Shown here one piece after another: positions 59,601 through 64,000 of a DNA stretch of 64,000 nt; the first letter of the stretch is position 1; each line of letters starts with the position of its first letter. The stretch lies in assembly GCA_002245135.1 (NCBI GenBank), contig NGBS01000036.1, positions 1 to 64,000 of the forward strand, read 5' to 3'. The stretch comes from Proteromonas lacertae. Lineage: Eukaryota. The notes beneath the pieces were generated by a model. The model was not told the origin of the DNA. It did not search any database and saw only the letters and a program-made list of their open reading frames with translations. The position numbers and the translations under genes were made by a program.

Positions 59601-62600
59601 ATATTTCTTAAATTTTGGAGAACTTTTTGATTTTCCTTTCTTATCTTCCTCATTATTATTTTCATTATCATTATTATTTCTTACAATATCAGGATGAATA
59701 TATTCTAAAACAGGAAATTCAGATCTTCTTTCAATGACAGCAGCTAAAGCTTCTCTTCTAGCAACAGAACCACTACCAATACCAGATTTAATATATTGTT
59801 CAATATCTGGAGCTGGAGTTGTTTTAACAATATTATATACTCTTACCCATTGAGCTATTATATGAACACAAAGTTCAGTGACTTCTTGAACAGTATGTCT
59901 TCTATAAATACTACCAAGACTTTGTATTTCACTCCATTTACCAAAACCATACTGTTGTAAACCAGATATTACTTTATCTCTATCAGATTTAGACCATCTT
60001 AAACTACCATAACTCTCTTGTAAATCATCTCTATCATATCGATAATCACCATTACCATTTTCACCATTCTCATCATCTATTAAACCAGTAGGAGTTAATC
60101 CCATACTATTACGAGTAGTTCTTCGATTATTATCTCTTCTATCATCCAATAACAATACTTCTGGTGGAAATGAATCTTCAATTCCTGTATATTTCCTCCA
60201 AAAATCAGGATCATCAATATCTATTTCATCTGATAGTGTATTTGACACAAATGATGCTTTACTGAATAATGATTCACTATCTTTACCTAATTGAACAGTT
60301 TGTGTTCTATTCTTTAAGATATCTTCAATATCTGCTTCCATAAAGGATTTACTTTCTTTTTCACTAATTCCTTCTTTTTCTTCTTGGAATATATGATAAG
60401 CACCATATTTTAATAAGTTTTCCATATCTTTCTTTGATAACATTAAATCTTTACTTTTACCTTCTTCTATATTATGTAATACTGCTTTATCTAAACCTAA
60501 TTTCAAACTAGCTCTATTGAACATTTCTTGTTCATATGTCTTTCGTGTAATAAATCGATAAATCTTTACACTTTTCGTTTGACCAATTCTATGACATCGA
60601 GCTTGAGCTTGAATATCATTTTGAGGATTCCAATCACTATCAAACTCAATTACAGTATCAGCAGCAGTCAAATTAATACCAATACCACCTGCCTTTGTAC
60701 TAATTAAGAATATAAACACATCAGAATCTTTCCTACTGAATCTATCAATCGCATTCTGTCTTGTCATTGTATTTGAAGTACCATCAAATCTTTCATATTT
60801 ATATCCTTTATATATTAAATAATCTTGAATTATATCCAACATTCTAACCATTTGACTGAATAATAATACTCTATGACCTTGCTCCTTTAATAATAATAAT
60901 AATTTCTCTAATAATACCATTTTACCACTTGTTTTGATTAACATATCCATTGATTTATCATAGAAATTCTCATCTTTTTCACTGATACTTTCTTCAGATA
61001 ATATCTTTTCTTCTATTCCATTGATCAAATATGGATGATTGCATAACTTACGTAATTGCAACATCACATTCATTAATGATGGAACAGCATTTTTAGCCAT
61101 TCCTTGATACAAATAATGAGCATTCTTTTCATAGATTGCACGGTAATATCTCTTTTGAATTGTGGTTAATTCAACTTCAATAATTGTCTCTTGTTTTGGT
61201 TTTAATTTCGTTTCAACATCTCCTTTCATTCTTCTTAGGAAATAGCCTTTTAAAACTGTATGTAATTGATTTACTTGTGAGGCATCTTTAAGATTACCAA
61301 ATTGCTCTTGGAATGTCTCTAAATCATCGAATTTATCAGGATCTATGATATTTAATAAACTAAATAATTCAGTTGTATCATTTTGAATAGGTGTACCAGT
61401 TAATAAAACAGTATTACTTGCTTCAAAGGAGACAATAGTTGATCTAGTTTTATTATTCATTGATTTTAACTTATGAGCTTCATCTACTATCATTACTGAC
61501 CATTTTATTTGTTGAAATACAGTTTCACATACTTTACATATTTCAGGTGTTGTTAAACAAATATCAAACAATGGTTTGCCTTGAGGATCAAGCCATTCAT
61601 ATTGATGAATCATTCCTCTTGATAGTGTATCACCATGATAAGTAACACTATAAAAATCACTCCATTCTTCTATTTCTCTTTTCCAATTAGGTAATGTTGA
61701 TAATGGAACAATAATCAAATATGGTGGAGGTATTTTGAATAATGTATATAGATTCTGTATATAACAAATACTTTGAATGGTTTTACCTAAACCCATTTCA
61801 TCTGCTAAAATACTATTTCTATTAACTATCCAATTCCATACTAGCCACTTTACACCTTCATATTGATAGTTTCTTAATTCATTTCCATTCTTATATTTAT
61901 CTAATATCTTTGTTTTTGCAATAACATCAGCATGTGGTCTCCATTCAGAAAGATGAAATTTTATCTTTGATTTATTCTTTCTATTATGATAAACTTCAAT
62001 TGGATGTTCATAGTTATCACATTTTTTTAAATCATCTAAATACTCCCATGTTGATTCTTTGTAAGCTAAAGATTCCCATTTAACCAAATATTGATCTAAA
62101 GTCGGTGGATTGTTTATATCATCGTTTATTGTGGGAGTTGTTAATGTTGATGATGATGATGATGATGGTGTTGTTGTTTCATCTTCTTCATTCTCTTCTT
62201 GCTCTTCTTCTTCTATTTCCATATTATCTTTTGTTGATTTCTTACTCTTTGATTGTCTTCTTTTCTTATTTCCTAAATCTAATTCTATTCTTTCATTATC
62301 TTCATCATCACTATCATCATTATCTTCTTCTTCTTCCATTTTGTTATTTTTCTTCTTGTTACTACTATCACTTTCATCAGATTCATTCAATTTCTGTCTT
62401 TTTGATGGTCTGCCTCTCTTCTTAGGAGTAGAATTTGTTGATGATGTTGGTGATGATAAAGATTTTGGAGATTTCTTTGTTTTTCGTCTTGCCCGTTTCT
62501 TTGGCTTAGGAGGTATATAATTCTCATTGTCGATGGTTCTCATATCTAAAATTCTATCAATTTCTAAATACTCAGATTGATGGTAAGGAAAATCTTCGTG

Positions 62601-63119
62601 TTGGAACTGGTATTCTAATTCATGCTTATGGTAACGGTTAATTTTTTGCTTCATATTATTACCTTCAAGATCTTCTAACTTATTCTGTAACTCCCAAGAA
62701 CAATGAAGATAACTCAAATCGGCCCACTTGATGAATAACATTGTCACTTCAGTGTCATCTGCTGTGTCCATGTCCCAGCCAAATCTTGAGCCATTGTGAA
62801 TGAAATGAGTGTTGATATTACTATATTTTTGTTTAAACTCTCCGAATTTCATGGTGGCTCGCCTTAAAATAATACCAACTTTCGGACAGGATCCATCATT
62901 TACTTGAAGTTTGGGTGTAGTGTTCGATCTATAAGTATCTACATCAGAATCGTTGCTCATATCATATTCGCTATAGTTTTTTGATGTTGACTTCGCTGTT
63001 GACAATGGAGTGGAAGAAAATGTGATGTTAAGCGGTTCATCATCGGAGGATTGGTTTTCACCTGGGAACTCGAGGTCATCTACTAACTCGTCTTCAAAAT
63101 CGCTAGAATCAGAGGACAT
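56646..63119 (-). CDS. CHD-family SNF2 chromatin remodeller (chromodomains, ATPase, SANT/SLIDE-like, C-terminal FYRN/FYRC)
   Basis: FIKWADLSYLHCSWE and YLVKWESLAYKESTWE chromodomains; ILADEMGLGKT, DEAH, QARCHRIGQ; IWPVGF and SGPETFGF; CHD6-9-like. Confidence 0.95.
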   Translation of the reverse strand: MSSDSSDFEDELVDDLEFPGENQSSDDEPLNITFSSTPLSTAKSTSKNYSEYDMSNDSDVDTYRSNTTPKLQVNDGSCPKVGIILRRATMKFGEFKQKYSNINTHFIHNGSRFGWDMDTADDTEVTMLFIKWADLSYLHCSWELQNKLEDLEGNNMKQKINRYHKHELEYQFQHEDFPYHQSEYLEIDRILDMRTIDNENYIPPKPKKRARRKTKKSPKSLSSPTSSTNSTPKKRGRPSKRQKLNESDESDSSNKKKNNKMEEEEDNDDSDDEDNERIELDLGNKKRRQSKSKKSTKDNMEIEEEEQEENEEDETTTPSSSSSSTLTTPTINDDINNPPTLDQYLVKWESLAYKESTWEYLDDLKKCDNYEHPIEVYHNRKNKSKIKFHLSEWRPHADVIAKTKILDKYKNGNELRNYQYEGVKWLVWNWIVNRNSILADEMGLGKTIQSICYIQNLYTLFKIPPPYLIIVPLSTLPNWKREIEEWSDFYSVTYHGDTLSRGMIHQYEWLDPQGKPLFDICLTTPEICKVCETVFQQIKWSVMIVDEAHKLKSMNNKTRSTIVSFEASNTVLLTGTPIQNDTTELFSLLNIIDPDKFDDLETFQEQFGNLKDASQVNQLHTVLKGYFLRRMKGDVETKLKPKQETIIEVELTTIQKRYYRAIYEKNAHYLYQGMAKNAVPSLMNVMLQLRKLCNHPYLINGIEEKILSEESISEKDENFYDKSMDMLIKTSGKMVLLEKLLLLLKEQGHRVLLFSQMVRMLDIIQDYLIYKGYKYERFDGTSNTMTRQNAIDRFSRKDSDVFIFLISTKAGGIGINLTAADTVIEFDSDWNPQNDIQAQARCHRIGQTKSVKIYRFITRKTYEQEMFNRASLKLGLDKAVLHNIEEGKSKDLMLSKKDMENLLKYGAYHIFQEEKEGISEKESKSFMEADIEDILKNRTQTVQLGKDSESLFSKASFVSNTLSDEIDIDDPDFWRKYTGIEDSFPPEVLLLDDRRDNNRRTTRNSMGLTPTGLIDDENGENGNGDYRYDRDDLQESYGSLRWSKSDRDKVISGLQQYGFGKWSEIQSLGSIYRRHTVQEVTELCVHIIAQWVRVYNIVKTTPAPDIEQYIKSGIGSGSVARREALAAVIERRSEFPVLEYIHPDIVRNNNDNENNNEEDKKGKSKSSPKFKKYFSSYEPIDLSNHTPHVLLKDLVIWKRWFTLYNKDMLVLSTLHDIRVIADELELYKPENRHKIIPLKGNINVPYNWWKKDDDYSLFVGCCKYGWNCVLEIMKDPELHFKHFPLFVCDEKAKEDDEEDENDENKVKDEKVDDVKEEKIKVKEEVEESTEMETEDTSSNTTAATTTTSTSLTKNAILLAHPEWPKFTLLARRLIRLLQAYQRNNVNSDGVIIGKKNGVRLNGGYSSASSSGKNNKFDAANRSTLWSKNEFRSVLNTLESYSLPENHPYNKGDPLKLDINQFSVDNDEFVKVICGEVLSNVVNKAIKAVNPEIKSVNHYTSCDLGYHLLSDPYGPYHFLYSQGKFYYKPMTSIYLKFLEMERYCRYLVVNRITTSNSISKSKDSHPKNTTNSTPDRKKSTPTPSQVETTETPSTTQPETANNSQIEITQSQSNSQAETSQAEEGTTPSQAEITSSQVESSQSNTQTEISTDTPSASQVESQPEGNIQSNTIETPTPSQSEPVTTTQSTPKKGSKTSKLSKTSKTKTKKDKEKDNNSSSTNNNNDNNNNNNTNPEELTVTNFISYHVATRIVDQMELLNILRKNILPCGEKNVKNWIVRINRAHPKQHEEMPEGWNPELHDYILFIFLEQYGSRSLGDLKKYKEFRGFLNESFSADAYHPCSNIRPLTDTLLMKRAKFLLRILLQSSPWDDPNMVDDDNIILAKPNISNLIDNNNNDNSHTYNNNNNISNNNNNIPDKPLSREEIYEKCKKQLEKTKLPIQCKGLTIISLGYIDTRRSYYNDKYIWPVGFISERETTSYMDASSRTIYRSEICDGGDSGPLFKVTAGDDPTHPSINKSCSASWVQVLIKIKKAKSKIGINKAGTSISGPETFGFAQPFIAELIEGLPGAIDCKFYTFREERYYPVYNSAKPTQQMQQSQELNMSDSNISSDATKRSRRTSTKYNSSYLYDDDDDDENEFEEAVLEDDDDNVDKKKAKIE

Positions 63120-63392
63120 TTTCTTTTAGAAGTTTGTAATTTTTGCAAAGATGATGATGATACAAGCTATTCTCAAAACTGCATCAGAAATTTCTGTCTT
63201 TTCATAGTCAAAAGATGAAGTAAGGCATTTCGTTGTAGTAATATTACTATTTCACATATTTTCATAGATTCAAGCATATGCATACCTTTTTTTACAATAA
63301 TATTACAATTTCAATAAATTACTTAGAAAACAAGTATAAAAACACAACAATAGTGATAATAAATCAAGATATAATATATAAAACTCATAAAT

Positions 63393-63992
63393 TTAATGAG
63401 TTCTATGTTTTACTAAAATAAATTGAGATTCAGAAGAAACAGTCACAAAGAATGGTCCTAATTTATTCGGTTCAAAAGTAGCAGGCATAATATAATACGC
63501 TTCATTCTCAGAATTAGCTTCCAACATAAAACTATAAGGAGTTGAAACTTCATCCATTGGAACAAAGTCAGTTTGATCCCAAACTCTTCCTTCATAATGA
63601 ATTGGAGTTGTATTAGTTCCTTTTTCAAAATCTTTATCTGTAGAAACGTAGAAACCAATCATACAACCTACACTATCTTTAGCTATCTCTTTAGTCCAAG
63701 CTTTGTGTGGCCTTCTTAACGTTATTGTAACTTGAGCTGTATTGAATAAGGTTAATTTGAACTTTGGATTTTCTTGGTTATATTTGGGATGTAAATGCGA
63801 ACCTCCAGCTTGATGTTCAACCCAAGCACCAGCTAATGTTTGGTTGTACTTTGGTGATAATTCTGCAATATCCATTGGAGTATCACTGTGGATTAATATA
63901 CGATATTTACCTTCATAACCTGGTAATGATAAAGATGGAATAACAATTATTCCTTTTTTGATTATATCATTTGGTAATTTCTTTAATAACAT
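63393..63992 (-). CDS. Calpain domain III-containing protein (3' part; runs off the window)
   Basis: GAW....AGG....NPKF and YYIMPATFEPNKLGPFFVTVSS. Confidence 0.8.
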   Translation of the reverse strand: MLLKKLPNDIIKKGIIVIPSLSLPGYEGKYRILIHSDTPMDIAELSPKYNQTLAGAWVEHQAGGSHLHPKYNQENPKFKLTLFNTAQVTITLRRPHKAWTKEIAKDSVGCMIGFYVSTDKDFEKGTNTTPIHYEGRVWDQTDFVPMDEVSTPYSFMLEANSENEAYYIMPATFEPNKLGPFFVTVSSESQFILVKHRTH

Positions 63993-64000
63993 TGAACCTA

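Noticed and set aside
57260..62520. Plus-strand ORFs inside the CHD gene, and similar shadow ORFs opposite viral genes
   Set aside because: Low-complexity antisense by-products of the real genes

Overview
AT-rich eukaryotic genomic window; the host cannot be identified from the sequence. About 56 kb is nested mobile DNA, ending at two host genes (a CHD-type SNF2 remodeller with FYRN/FYRC domains and a partial calpain domain III gene). The main signal is a cluster of endogenous Polinton-like viruses. (1) Element 1 (464-10022, 9.6 kb) has TIRs and a target-site duplication and encodes an rve integrase, a Polinton-type major capsid protein, an A32-like packaging ATPase and a fibre-like gene, but no recognisable DNA polymerase, helicase, protease or penton. 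(2) Element 2 (about 23285-43499) has TIRs and hairpin termini and encodes a penton, an MCP with one in-frame TGA, an ATPase, a fibre-like gene and adenovirus pVI/core-like basic proteins, but no integrase or polymerase. (3) A more GC-rich 6.4 kb element with its own TIRs, TSD, large hairpins, a 717-aa fibre-like gene and a tRNA-like sequence is inserted inside element 2. (4) An inverted fragment of a sibling virus follows element 2. Around these lie Pack-MULE-like foldback elements carrying host gene fragments, hAT elements, a TG..CA MITE, a foldback element with a 121-bp tandem array and a decayed type I PKS. All protein assignments come from motif recognition by eye, not database searches.
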